Source: Candidatus Alcyoniella australis (GTDB taxonomy: Bacteria > Lernaellota > Lernaellaia > JAVCCG01 > Alcyoniellaceae). Taken from it: a DNA stretch of 64,000 bases. A program made the position numbers and the translations under genes. Shown here piece by piece: positions 1 through 11,651 of this stretch; within the stretch, counting starts at the first letter, position 1, and every line of letters starts with the position of its first letter. The stretch lies in assembly GCA_030765605.1 (NCBI GenBank), contig JAVCCG010000017.1, forward strand, positions 35,582 to 99,581, in the 5' to 3' direction. The notes beneath the pieces were generated by a model, which did not search any database, had not been told where the DNA came from, and was given only the letters and a program-made list of their open reading frames with translations.

Positions 1-9
1 CTGATTACG

Positions 10-37
10 AAAATGAGCCGGTCTGGGACCGGCTCAT
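10..37 (-). terminator. Rho-independent terminator downstream of the CDS at 68..391
   Basis: Perfect 11-bp inverted repeat ATGAGCCGGTC/GACCGGCTCAT with a 3-nt loop, followed on the minus strand by a TTTT run. Confidence 0.5.
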
Positions 38-67
38 CGTGGTTGGTTGTTGGTTCCCGACTTGTAG

Positions 68-391
68 CTAAGCGCGTTTGCGGATCAGCTTGCGGAAGTG
101 CGGCACGACCTCTTTGGGGATCATCGTGATCCGGCGGTAGCGGATCGCCACGTTCTCAAGACGCAGCTCGTACTGGCGCTTGGGGTCGTGCTCGCTGGCC
201 TCGATCGTCACCTTCAACGGAACCTGTGACTCGGTGATCTCGCGTTCGAGCGACTTGTAGGTTTTGTAGTAGGCGAACATCCGGCGGCCGCGCGCCGAAT
301 CGAAGAAATCGAAGTTCTTATTGCGCGAGGGCGGCTCGGTTGCGCCCAGCAGTCGAAGGAGATCGCGGCCGAACTCTTTGTCCATGCTCAT
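68..391 (-). CDS. hypothetical protein (107 aa)
   Basis: ORF with an ATG start and a TAG stop. No motif recognised. Confidence 0.5.
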   Translation of the reverse strand: MSMDKEFGRDLLRLLGATEPPSRNKNFDFFDSARGRRMFAYYKTYKSLEREITESQVPLKVTIEASEHDPKRQYELRLENVAIRYRRITMIPKEVVPHFRKLIRKRA

Positions 392-640
392 ACTCTGCGC
401 CTCTCAAGTGCTGATTGCCTATTGCGCTGTGATGTCTGCTCAGCGGGATCGGCGATCGCAAAACGGGAAAAGGGGCGCTTTCCCCAGGTGGCTATCGTCC
501 GGGCCTGTCAGGGCCCCTCAACTTGGCTCCCTAAAGGCCCGAAGATTTTATTTGAACCACGGCCCTTAGTGCAAGCATATTTATTACTTATCTCAAACAA
601 GGCGCTTGTGTCGATGAGCCCGGATACATATCATTGAGTC

Positions 641-757
641 ATGAATGAACAGAACGGTACCCAACCCGGGGTCGAAATCCGCAACCTGCTGATCGATCTG
701 GCGATTATCCTGGCGATGATGGGCCTGCTCACCCTGCGCATTAAGGGCTATTTTTAG
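641..757 (+). CDS. candidate small hydrophobic protein (38 aa, MNEQNGTQPGVEIRNLLIDLAIILAMMGLLTLRIKGYF)
   Basis: ORF below the 60-aa cutoff of the ORF track, found by reading the sequence. It has one predicted TM helix, lies in a lower-GC intergenic stretch and has a weak SD. Confidence 0.2.
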   Translation: MNEQNGTQPGVEIRNLLIDLAIILAMMGLLTLRIKGYF

Positions 758-775
758 CAGGGGAAAACATATTCC

Positions 776-806
776 CATAAAAAAGCCGAGGGCGCAGGCC
801 CTCGGC
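776..806 (-). terminator. Rho-independent terminator downstream of tRNA-Arg
   Basis: GCCGAGGGC-gcag-GCCCTCGGC hairpin. On the minus strand a T-run follows it (A-run 776-784 on the plus strand). Confidence 0.6.
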
Positions 807-816
807 TTGGATCGTC

Positions 817-893
817 TGGCGCGCCCGGGAGGATTCGAACCCCCAACCTACGGATCCGTAGTCCGTTGCTCTATCCATTTGGGCTACAGGCGC
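817..893 (-). tRNA. tRNA-Arg (anticodon ACG), 77 nt with encoded CCA
   Basis: The reverse complement folds as a cloverleaf: acceptor GCGCCTG/CGGGCGC, anticodon loop CUACGGA, T-arm GGGGG-TTCGAAT-CCTCC. It is close to my recollection of E. coli tRNA-Arg(ACG). Confidence 0.85.
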
Positions 894-1088
894 TTCAAAT
901 GGGCGGCCTTAATAGCACGCCCGATCGATCGCTGTCAACCCTTCGACTTTCCCCGGTTTGAAGGCCGGGCTTGCTCAGGATTGACCCTTCGGCTTGTACT
1001 CCGGGCAGGCCCTGAGAGGCGCTTTCAACCCCGCCTTGAAAGGCGGGGGTTGGCGTCGTCGAATGGGTCAACTGATAATTCTACAGTA

Positions 1089-2189
1089 CTACAGCTCGCT
1101 GAGCTTGAGGTTGAACGCTTCGGCCACGCCGGGGCAGGTGACCCGGCCCTGGTGTACGTTCACGCCGAGCTTCAGCGGCTGATTCTCCGCGATCGCCCGC
1201 CCGAACCCCTTGTCGGCCAGCTCCAACGCGTAGCTCAGCGTGACGTTGGTCAGCGCGTAGGTGCTGGTGCGCGGCACGATCCCGGGCATGTTGGCTACGC
1301 AGTAGTGCACTACGCCGTACTTGACGAACGTCGGCTCGGCGTGGGTCGTGGCCCGGGTGGTTTCGATGCAGCCGCCCTGGTCTACGCTGATATCGATCAG
1401 CGCTGATCCGGGACGCATGCTTTTGACCATCTCGCGCGTCACCAGCTTGGGCGCCCTGGCCCCGGGGATCAGCACCGCGCCGATCAATAGATCCGCGCGC
1501 GCGACCTCGGTGGCGATGTTGGCGCGGTTGCTCATCAGGGTCACGACTTGGCCGCGGTGGATATCGTGGATGTAACGCAGCCGTTTGGGGCTGATGTCGA
1601 GGATCGTCACCAGCGCGCCCATGCCCACCGCGATCTCGCAGGCGCACGAGCCGGACACGCCCGCGCCGATGATCACCACCCGCGCGGGGGCCACGCCCGA
1701 TACTCCGGCGAGCAGTACTCCCGAGCCGCCGTTCTCGGTCTCGAGGCACCACGCTCCGACCTGCGCCGAGAGCTTGCCCGCGACCTCGCTCATCGGCGTG
1801 AGCAGCGGCAGGCTGCCGTCGGGCAGTTCGATGGTCTCGTAGGCCACGCCGGTGCACTTGCTGTGCATCATCCGCTGGGTCAGGTCCCTGTCGGCGGCCA
1901 AATGCAGGTAGGTGAACAGCAGCAGGTCCGGCCGCAACAGGTCGATCTCGGGCCCGATCGGCTCCTTGACCTTGATCACCATCTCCGAGCTGTTCCAGAC
2001 ATCCGCGGCCTTGGAGACCAGCTTGGCCCCGGCCTGCTGGAAATCGCGGTCGGAGATGCCGCTGCCTACGCCTGCTCCGCGCTGGATCAGCACGCTGTGC
2101 TTGTGTGCGACCATCGCTGCCACGCCCGCGGGCGTGATGGCCACGCGCCTCTCCTCGGTCTTGATCTCTTCTGGGACCCCGACGATCAT
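1089..2189 (-). CDS. ald: alanine dehydrogenase
   Basis: 366 aa. N-terminus MIVGVPEEIKTEERRVAITP, followed by a Rossmann GAGVSG motif. Length and motifs are typical of Ald. Confidence 0.8.
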   Translation of the reverse strand: MIVGVPEEIKTEERRVAITPAGVAAMVAHKHSVLIQRGAGVGSGISDRDFQQAGAKLVSKAADVWNSSEMVIKVKEPIGPEIDLLRPDLLLFTYLHLAADRDLTQRMMHSKCTGVAYETIELPDGSLPLLTPMSEVAGKLSAQVGAWCLETENGGSGVLLAGVSGVAPARVVIIGAGVSGSCACEIAVGMGALVTILDISPKRLRYIHDIHRGQVVTLMSNRANIATEVARADLLIGAVLIPGARAPKLVTREMVKSMRPGSALIDISVDQGGCIETTRATTHAEPTFVKYGVVHYCVANMPGIVPRTSTYALTNVTLSYALELADKGFGRAIAENQPLKLGVNVHQGRVTCPGVAEAFNLKLSEL

Positions 2190-2300
2190 GGCGTTACTCC
2201 AAATGTTTGTGTGTGCAGCAGGAACGGGTGCCTAGTGGTAATAAGGATTTTATCCCAGATGGGAGAATTGGCAATAGCTAAAGGATGTTGAAGGAGCGAC

Positions 2301-2717
2301 TCAGCTCAGGACCATCTCGTTTAGCCCCATCTCCTGCAACACCTCCGGATAGAGCCCGAAGGCCGGCCTGAGCAGAGGCAGCACCTTCAGCGCGCGCCCC
2401 ACGTCCCCCTCGGCCTTGATCTTGCCGCGGACCAGCTCGGCGATCACGTCTTGGCGGCCGTGCCAGAAGCGGTGAAATCCCTCTGAATCCTGGGTCAGCA
2501 CCAGGTCTGCGTTGTTCTTCTCGTCGAAGCTGTAGCTCAGGCATTTGCCCTCGGGAGCTTCGGGGTCGCCGAAGAATACGTTGAGTGTCAGGTCGTGATC
2601 CGCGCAGATGAAGCACATCTTGATCTTCATCCGTGAGATTTTCTCCGCGGCCGCGGGGTTGCCCGCCAACCTGTCCAGATACGTTCCCCACACTTTTTTA
2701 CAGAGGTTCTTATCCAT
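2301..2717 (-). CDS. SCP2 sterol-binding domain protein (start at MDKNL, strong SD GGGAGGGGG)
   Basis: C-terminal GKIKAEGD...ALKVLPLL pattern typical of SCP2. The upstream ATG (2750) has no SD. Confidence 0.45.
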   Translation of the reverse strand: MDKNLCKKVWGTYLDRLAGNPAAAEKISRMKIKMCFICADHDLTLNVFFGDPEAPEGKCLSYSFDEKNNADLVLTQDSEGFHRFWHGRQDVIAELVRGKIKAEGDVGRALKVLPLLRPAFGLYPEVLQEMGLNEMVLS

Positions 2718-2872
2718 TGCCGCCCCCTCCCGAGTGTATCGAAAGGGCATACACTGATGCCTCTCAGGTTGTCGAACTGAACCTACTTCAATGATACTAA
2801 ATCAGGGAAGTGGGCGCGTGTCAACGCAATCAATCACCGAATTTCGTGATTCTTACCCTGTATGTTGATGGT

Positions 2873-2900
2873 TTGACACAGATCGCGAGGTCTCTATAAT
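2873..2900 (+). promoter_or_regulatory. sigma70-like promoter for metK (TTGACA-16 bp-TATAAT)
   Basis: Consensus hexamers at 2873-2878 and 2895-2900. The leader to the ATG is only about 35 nt. Confidence 0.55.
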
Positions 2901-2940
2901 GAATCGCCTTTGTCAATGCCGGATACAAGGAGAAAATTCG

Positions 2941-5375
<2,435 letters not shown>

Positions 5376-5403
5376 TCGGCTGAAGCGACATTTAGAACCT
5401 TCA

Positions 5404-5433
5404 AGGCCCGGCGCTTGCCGGGCCTTTTCATTT
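5404..5433 (+). terminator. Rho-independent terminator after ahcY
   Basis: GGCCCGGC-gctt-GCCGGGCC followed by TTTTCATTTT. Confidence 0.65.
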
Positions 5434-5500
5434 TGCTGCGCATGGATAATGCGGGTTGGGGCGCTTGCCTCGAAACAGGCCTGCCGATAATCTGCGGCCG

Positions 5501-6424
5501 ATGAAAAAAATTAAACACTGGTTGCAGGCCATCGGCCTGTTCCGTGGATTTTGGCTGGTGAGCCTGATCCCGGTCTCGACCGGCGCGGCGCTGGCGTGGC
5601 ACGGAGGCGCACGGTTCAGCGCGCCGCTGTTCGCCCTGACCCTGGCCGGAGTTTGGGCGCTGCACATTGCGGCCAATCTGCTCAACGACTACTACGACCA
5701 CATCAACGGCACGGATGATCACAACCAGGTAATCACGCCGTTCAGCGGCGGCACGCGGGTGATCCAGCAGGGGCTGCTCCCGGCGCGCTCGCTGCGGCGC
5801 GCGGCAATCGGTTGCCAAGTGGCCGGGGTGCTGCTGCTGACGCTCTGCGCCGCAATCAGCGGTCGCTGGTCGATCATGATCTGGGCGCCGCTGGGCGTAC
5901 TGGGCGGACTGTTCTACTCCGGCGCCGGGCTGTGGCTGATCTCGCGCGGGCTGGGCGAGCTGACCCTGGGCGCGGTGTTCGGCCCGACGCTGGTCAGCCT
6001 GGGCTGCTATGTGCAGTCCGGATCGATTAGCAACGCCGCCTGGCTGGCCGGGATCGTCTTCGGCCTGGGCGCAAGCGCCGTGCTGACGATCAACGAGTTC
6101 CCCGACGTGCCTGCCGACGAACTGGCGGGCAAACGCACGCTGGTGGTGCGCCTGGGCCGACAACGCGGATTCGCACTCTACGCAACGATGATCGCGCTGA
6201 TGCCGGTATGCATCCTGCTCGGCGTGGGATTCAGACTGTTCCCCATCGGCTGCCTGGCCGCGCTGATCCCTGCGGCTCTGGGCGCGCTGATCGTTGCGCG
6301 CGGCGAGCGGCCGCTGCGCGAGCTGGCCAAACAGATCGCGGCCTCGCGCAACACGATCGTGCTGCACGTGTCCACCTGGGCGCTGTTTCTGGCCGGCATC
6401 GGCTCGCACCAAATCGGTCGATGA
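5501..6424 (+). CDS. menA: UbiA-superfamily prenyltransferase, MenA-like (1,4-dihydroxy-2-naphthoate polyprenyltransferase family)
   Basis: NDYYDHINGTD Asp-rich motif and a polytopic membrane profile. The N-terminal region resembles my recollection of E. coli MenA. The start is chosen at MKKIKHW. Confidence 0.6.
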   Translation: MKKIKHWLQAIGLFRGFWLVSLIPVSTGAALAWHGGARFSAPLFALTLAGVWALHIAANLLNDYYDHINGTDDHNQVITPFSGGTRVIQQGLLPARSLRRAAIGCQVAGVLLLTLCAAISGRWSIMIWAPLGVLGGLFYSGAGLWLISRGLGELTLGAVFGPTLVSLGCYVQSGSISNAAWLAGIVFGLGASAVLTINEFPDVPADELAGKRTLVVRLGRQRGFALYATMIALMPVCILLGVGFRLFPIGCLAALIPAALGALIVARGERPLRELAKQIAASRNTIVLHVSTWALFLAGIGSHQIGR

Positions 6425-8775
6425 AACCGGTCGGCCGTTCCGAGCTGCTAGGCGTCTCGGGGCTGTTGCTGCTGCTGATCGCGCTGTTCCTCTCGCCGCT
6501 GCTGATCCCCGGCGTGATGCCTTCGGCCTCGGGCATTTTGCACGTTTGGCCGACCTTTGAGATCGACGCGGACTATCGTCCCTACAACGATCTGCCCTCG
6601 GACCTGGCGGTGCAGCACGAGCCGTGGACGCATTACGCCCGGCAGCGGTTGGCCCAGGGCGAGCTGCCGCTGTGGAACCCGCACCAGGCCGCGGGCGTGC
6701 CGTTCATCGCCAACATGCAATCCGCGGTCTACTCGCCGCTGACCTGGATCGTCTACCTGCTGGGTGACCGCTGGGGGCCGGTGGCGCGCGCCGCGCTGAT
6801 TCTCTACCTCTCGGGCATGCTGGCCTTCCTGCATTTGCGCGGGCTGGGTTTGGGCCCGCGTCCGGCCCTGGTGGGAATGGTCGGCTGGACCTTTGGCGGG
6901 GCCCTGGCGCACTGGCTGTTCTGGCGCAGCTCGTTGTTCGGATTTCTGCTTCCCGGCTCGCTGTACCTTACCGACCGCGCCTTTAAACGGCCGGATAAAC
7001 TCGCCTCGTGCGCGTTGCTACTAGCGGCGCTGGTGGCCCTGGGAATCACCGCGGGCCACCCCGAGCGGGTGATGCTCTGCGCTGTGGCCGCGGCTGCCAA
7101 CCTAGTCTATCGCAGCTTGATCTGCGGCCTGCCGTGGCGCGAGCGTGGGCGCGCGATCCTGGGACTTGTGGGCGGAGGGCTCTACGGCGGGCTGCTCTCG
7201 TCAGCCGCGCTGCTGCCGTTTATCCAGTACTCGCAAAACAGCGTGGCCTGGGTCTCGCGCGCCGGGGGCTACGCCGCGGGCCTGCTGCCCAAGTCCGCGG
7301 CCGTGCTGTTGTTCGCGCCGGATCTCTACGGCAATCGCGGGCTGTGGTTCAGCATCGATTGGTCCGCGCCGTGGACCAACGATTGCGAGGCGCTCAACGC
7401 GGTTGTCGGCCTGGCGCTGCTGATGCTCGCGGCAATCGGGCTGCGCCGCGGCAGGGCGGGGCGTTGGTTTTATTTTGCGTTGGCAGTGGGCGCGGCGCTG
7501 TTGGCCTACGGCGTGTGGCCCGCCTGGCCGCTGGCCAATCAGCTACCCCTGCTCGATCGCATGGCCCTTGGCCGCTTCAGCGCGCTGTTGGCCTACGCGC
7601 TGGTGGTGCTGGCCGTCATGGCCCTGCAGGATTTGGCGCAGGGAAAGTACGACCCGCTTTCCGGGCCCTCGCTGGTGCGCATCGGCGCGCTGTTCAGCGT
7701 TGGAGCGCTGCTCGTGGCCTGGAATCTGCTCAACGTCGATCGCTTTGTGCGCTCGCCGGGGATCCAAACCTGGTGGGTCGGCTGCGCCGTGCTTGCCGCG
7801 TTGAGTGCCGTAATCTGCCTCTGGCTGCTGCGCGGCATCGGCCGCAACAGCGGCTGGGCCTGGGTCGGACTGGTAGTGTTGGTGTTCCTCGAGACCGGCG
7901 GGCGCTGGGCCGGGTTCTCACCGCAGGTGCCCGATGAACTGTATTTTCCGCGCACAGCCGCGGTCGAACAACTGCGCGCTGCTGCCGGTCGCGGACGTTT
8001 CGCGGCGGTGGGATTGGCCAACCCGTTTGCGCCCAACCTGGCTACCGAGTACGGGCTGCGCGACGTCAAGGTCTACGACAACCTGGAGATCATGGAGTAC
8101 CGCGTGCTGTTCGACGAACGGATCGAACATTTCAGCACTGGTCAGATCACCCAGCGCTTTGACCTTGACGCGCTAAGCGTGCTCGGGGTTCAGGCGGTCC
8201 TGGCGGTCAACGAGGACCCGGCGACCCTGGCGACGGCCGACGCCTCGCGCCTCGAGCCATACTACGCGGGTCGCGGCGTGTTCATCAGTCGCAATCCCGA
8301 GGCCCTGCCACGAGCGTTTTTTGTCAGCGCCGCGCGTCAAATTGCGAGCCCGGCCGACGTGTTCGAGCGCGACGCTCAGGGCCTGATCGCACGCCGCGCA
8401 GTGCTGTTGCAGCAGGCGCAGCCGCCGTTGCAGCCGATTCCACTCGAGTCCATCGATGCAGTACGCTGGCTGCGCGACACACCGGAGCTGGTGCAGCTTG
8501 AGGTCGATGCGCCACGGCGAGGCTGGCTGGTGCTGCTCGACTCGTACTTTCCAGATTGGTGCGTGCTGGTAGACGGCGAGCAAGCAACGCTGCTGCGCGC
8601 AAACCTGGCGTTCCGCGCGGTGGCGATCGAGGCCGGCCGTCACGTGGTGCGCTTCGAGTATCGGCCGCGCTGGGTTTACCTCGGGCTGCTGCTCAGCGCT
8701 CTGGCCACGCTGATTTGGCTGGCGGCGGCTGCGACCTGCGTGCTGCGCGGTCGACGGATGACAAGCGGCGACTAG
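6421..8775 (+). CDS. YfhO-like GT-C family polytopic membrane protein (putative polyprenyl-phosphate-dependent glycosyltransferase)
   Basis: About 784 aa with many N-terminal TM helices and a LPLWNPHQAAGVPFIANMQSAVYSPL motif. It has a large C-terminal extracytoplasmic domain and a final TM helix. Its ATG overlaps the menA stop (ATGA). Confidence 0.4.
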   Translation: MKPVGRSELLGVSGLLLLLIALFLSPLLIPGVMPSASGILHVWPTFEIDADYRPYNDLPSDLAVQHEPWTHYARQRLAQGELPLWNPHQAAGVPFIANMQSAVYSPLTWIVYLLGDRWGPVARAALILYLSGMLAFLHLRGLGLGPRPALVGMVGWTFGGALAHWLFWRSSLFGFLLPGSLYLTDRAFKRPDKLASCALLLAALVALGITAGHPERVMLCAVAAAANLVYRSLICGLPWRERGRAILGLVGGGLYGGLLSSAALLPFIQYSQNSVAWVSRAGGYAAGLLPKSAAVLLFAPDLYGNRGLWFSIDWSAPWTNDCEALNAVVGLALLMLAAIGLRRGRAGRWFYFALAVGAALLAYGVWPAWPLANQLPLLDRMALGRFSALLAYALVVLAVMALQDLAQGKYDPLSGPSLVRIGALFSVGALLVAWNLLNVDRFVRSPGIQTWWVGCAVLAALSAVICLWLLRGIGRNSGWAWVGLVVLVFLETGGRWAGFSPQVPDELYFPRTAAVEQLRAAAGRGRFAAVGLANPFAPNLATEYGLRDVKVYDNLEIMEYRVLFDERIEHFSTGQITQRFDLDALSVLGVQAVLAVNEDPATLATADASRLEPYYAGRGVFISRNPEALPRAFFVSAARQIASPADVFERDAQGLIARRAVLLQQAQPPLQPIPLESIDAVRWLRDTPELVQLEVDAPRRGWLVLLDSYFPDWCVLVDGEQATLLRANLAFRAVAIEAGRHVVRFEYRPRWVYLGLLLSALATLIWLAAAATCVLRGRRMTSGD

Positions 8776-8794
8776 CGCACTAACATCCACGACC

Positions 8795-9928
8795 ATGGAT
8801 GATCGAACCATCGCCGTTGTCGGCGGCGGTCCGGCGGGCGCCTACCTGGCGCATTTGCTCGGGGCTGCCGGTGCGCGCGTGGACCTCTACGAACCGCGCG
8901 GCGCGTGGGAAAAACCCTGCGGCGGCGGCGTGCCGCCCAAAGTGCGCCAGCTGATCCCCGAGGCCGCGAGCTACGGCGGACCGCGCAATGTAGTGGACAC
9001 CGGCGTGTTCATCAGCCCGCGCGGAATCGAGATGAGCTTTCGCTCCGGGCGACCGCTGTGGATCGTGCCGCGCCTTGATTTCAACAAGCATTTTCTCAAC
9101 CTGGCGCGGCAACACGCGGGCGTGGCGATCCATCGTCTGCGGGTCAGGGCGGTCCGGCGCGACGGCGATGGCTGGGTGCTGCACTGCGGCAAGGGCGAGC
9201 GGCCGCGACGCGCGGACTTCCTGGTGGCTGCCGACGGCGCGAGCTCGCTGGTGCGCAGGTCCGTGCTCGGAGCGCTGGGCCGCCGCAACCTGACGACCTG
9301 TTTTGGATTTCTCACCGATCCGCCGGACGACCCCACGCGCGCGGTCAGCCAGTTTCTCCCCGGATCGGGCTACATCTGGGCCTACCCGCGGCCGGACCGG
9401 ATGTGCGTGGGCGCGGGCACCTGGGGCTCGGCGCGTTCGCTGGATCGGGTAGTGCGGCGCTTTATCGATCAGCGTTTTCCCGGCATTAAAATTCGCTCGC
9501 GCTGGTCGGCGCTGATCCCGTTCGTGCACGAACCGGAACTCTACGACCGGCCCTGCTCAGGCGAGCGCTTCGCCGCGTTGGGCGACGCCGCGGGCTGGGT
9601 CGACGCGATCACCGGCGAGGGGATCCTCTACGCGCTGTGGGGCGCGCGGCTGCTGGCGCAACGATTAATCGAGGACCGTCCGTTGCTGTTCGACGATGAC
9701 TGGCGCGACGCCTTTGGCCGCGAGCTGCGGCGCGTATCCCAGATGGGCCTGCGCTTCTACCGGCCGGAGAACATCGAACGCGCTTTTAGCCTGGCCGCGC
9801 GCTCGCGCACGCTGGGCGAACTGGTGGCGCAGATCATGACCGATCAGCCCGAGTACAGTCGGGTGCCGATGATGTTCGCCCGCCGACTGCCGCTGGTGGC
9901 CCTGGACCTGCTGCGGGGCAGACGATGA
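8795..9928 (+). CDS. geranylgeranyl reductase family FAD-dependent oxidoreductase (MenJ/ChlP-like)
   Basis: IAVVGGGPAGAYLA dinucleotide-binding motif and a PCGGG motif; 377 aa. Confidence 0.65.
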   Translation: MDDRTIAVVGGGPAGAYLAHLLGAAGARVDLYEPRGAWEKPCGGGVPPKVRQLIPEAASYGGPRNVVDTGVFISPRGIEMSFRSGRPLWIVPRLDFNKHFLNLARQHAGVAIHRLRVRAVRRDGDGWVLHCGKGERPRRADFLVAADGASSLVRRSVLGALGRRNLTTCFGFLTDPPDDPTRAVSQFLPGSGYIWAYPRPDRMCVGAGTWGSARSLDRVVRRFIDQRFPGIKIRSRWSALIPFVHEPELYDRPCSGERFAALGDAAGWVDAITGEGILYALWGARLLAQRLIEDRPLLFDDDWRDAFGRELRRVSQMGLRFYRPENIERAFSLAARSRTLGELVAQIMTDQPEYSRVPMMFARRLPLVALDLLRGRR

Positions 9929-11043
9929 ACCGTCGCGAATGGTCGGTGGCGGCGCTGTTGGGAGCGGCGTTCTCGTTCTACGTGGTTTTCGACCAGTACG
10001 GCCTGCTGGGCTGGGCCCAAAGCGCGTTGGGTGTGGACGTGTGGGGCATGGCGCCGCTGCTTGGTTGCCTGGTGGTCTGCGGAGCGCTGAGCGCCGTGGC
10101 CGCGTCGCGGGCGATCGTCGCGCTGCGGCCGGGATTCGCGGCGCAGATCAAGCTGATTGCCACGGCCCAACTCGCCGAAGGGATCGTCGGACTGTTGTGC
10201 TTGGCCGCGGACTCGCGCGCAGAGCTGTTGTGGCCGTTGGCCGCGCTCGGAGTCGTGCAGGGCGTGCACATCGTGCTGATCCTCGGGTTGCTAAACAGTG
10301 CCACGCGTCCGGCGCGGCTGGGCTGGTCAGCGGGCGTGGCCGCGGGCATCGCCTATTTGCTTGCTAATTTGCTGACGGCGGTCTTCCCTGACGATCCGCG
10401 CGGCCTGTGCCTCGCGGCCTGCGTGCTGAGTCTGGTTGTGGGCTTGCTCGCGGCCCTGGCAGTGGAGCAATCGTTGCCGCAGGTGGAACTGCGCGAGCTC
10501 AATCGGGAGCCGGGAGGCCGCTCGCTGATCGCCGTGCTGCTGCTGGTGGTGGTACTCGACAGCGCGCTGTGGCAGGTGCTGACCTCCCTGGGCGGCGGCG
10601 TGGCCTTGGGGCCCCAATCTCCGCGCGAACTGTGGCTGCTCAATGGGTTGCTGCACCTGGCCGCGGCAATCGTTGGGGGGCTGCTCTGGCCGCTGCTCGG
10701 GTCGCGTCGCCTGGCCGCGCTCGGCGGACTGCTGATCGGCCTGAGCGCGGCGCTGGTGGCTTGGTCCCCGGACAACGCGCCGCTGTGGGGCGTGCTGCTG
10801 CTGCAAAGCGCGTCGGTCGGGATCTACTCGGTGGCGCTCTATGCCGCGTGGTCCGAGCTTGGGCTGCGGGCCGTGGGGCCGGGCATCGCCCTGGTCGGCT
10901 TTGTCGGATCTCCGTTGGGCGTGGGCCTGGGAATGTTGCTGGGACGCTTCCCGCGCCTCGGATTGTGGCTGCTGGCGCTGTGTGCGATCTGCGTCGGACT
11001 CGGTTTTCTCATACGGCCGACATCGCGCAGTACAGATCGCTGA
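9925..11043 (+). CDS. polytopic integral membrane protein (transporter-like, roughly 10-12 TM)
   Basis: Highly hydrophobic 372-aa ORF. Its start overlaps the upstream stop (ATGA). Confidence 0.45.
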   Translation: MNRREWSVAALLGAAFSFYVVFDQYGLLGWAQSALGVDVWGMAPLLGCLVVCGALSAVAASRAIVALRPGFAAQIKLIATAQLAEGIVGLLCLAADSRAELLWPLAALGVVQGVHIVLILGLLNSATRPARLGWSAGVAAGIAYLLANLLTAVFPDDPRGLCLAACVLSLVVGLLAALAVEQSLPQVELRELNREPGGRSLIAVLLLVVVLDSALWQVLTSLGGGVALGPQSPRELWLLNGLLHLAAAIVGGLLWPLLGSRRLAALGGLLIGLSAALVAWSPDNAPLWGVLLLQSASVGIYSVALYAAWSELGLRAVGPGIALVGFVGSPLGVGLGMLLGRFPRLGLWLLALCAICVGLGFLIRPTSRSTDR

Positions 11044-11067
11044 CTAAAGCTGATGGATAATTCGGGC

Positions 11068-11096
11068 TTGACTGCACGCTGCGAGGGGGTGATAAT
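11068..11096 (+). promoter_or_regulatory. sigma70-like promoter (TTGACT-17 bp-GATAAT with TG extension)
   Basis: Hexamers at 11068-11073 and 11091-11096, upstream of the small secreted-protein gene. Confidence 0.4.
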
Positions 11097-11172
11097 TTAG
11101 TCGCCTGCCTGTGTGGTCGGACAGCGAGTAAGCGGTTGACCGGCCTTTCCTCCCTATGTTAGCGTGATTTAG

Positions 11173-11189
11173 GCGTAATACGATTACGC
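11173..11189. promoter_or_regulatory. perfect palindrome GCGTAAT-acg-ATTACGC in the 5' leader (candidate operator)
   Basis: 7-bp perfect inverted repeat with a 3-bp spacer, about 25 nt upstream of the start codon. Confidence 0.3.
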
Positions 11190-11210
11190 ATTCGACGGAA
11201 GGGCAGAAAA

Positions 11211-11627
11211 ATGTATCGCAAACTCCTGTTGATATCGATCATGATGGCACTGCTGGCCGTGCCGATGAGCATCATCGCCGGACAGATTCCCTCTCCTGTG
11301 CCGCCCAAACCGCCTCCGATCCAGAGCACCTACCCCTTCGGCCCCGAGGAGACGGTCTACGGCGTGACTGTGCAGGAGGGCTGGTTTAAGAAGATGCACA
11401 TCCAGCACGATTGGCATTACGCCTACTACATGAACTGCCACACCGTGTCCAAGCACTTCCTCAATCGCTATGGTAACGGCCAGATGGTGAAGATCGATGA
11501 CGCGCTGGATGAAACCAACTCGCTGGACATCATCAACATCTCGAGCCACTACGATTGGTCGCGCATCGCGCTGAGCGCGTTCACCGGCTCCAACTACTGT
11601 TCGGTAACGATTACCGAGCGACCCTAG
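11211..11627 (+). CDS. small secreted protein (138 aa, signal peptide, lower GC than its surroundings)
   Basis: N-terminal signal peptide MYRKLLLISIMMALLAVPMSIIAGQ. The aromatic/His-rich mature part (HIQHDWHYAYYMNCH) has no recognised domain. Confidence 0.5.
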   Translation: MYRKLLLISIMMALLAVPMSIIAGQIPSPVPPKPPPIQSTYPFGPEETVYGVTVQEGWFKKMHIQHDWHYAYYMNCHTVSKHFLNRYGNGQMVKIDDALDETNSLDIINISSHYDWSRIALSAFTGSNYCSVTITERP

Positions 11628-11651
11628 AACCGCAACGCAGCTGATACACGA

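Noticed and set aside
807-1406. 199-aa plus-strand ORF overlapping tRNA-Arg and the ald 3' end
   Set aside because: It overlaps a confident tRNA and a confident CDS and has no coding features.
2841-2860. Imperfect palindrome ATCACCGAATTTCGTGAT upstream of the metK -35 element
   Set aside because: The symmetry is imperfect and it is a single occurrence, so I cannot support an operator call.
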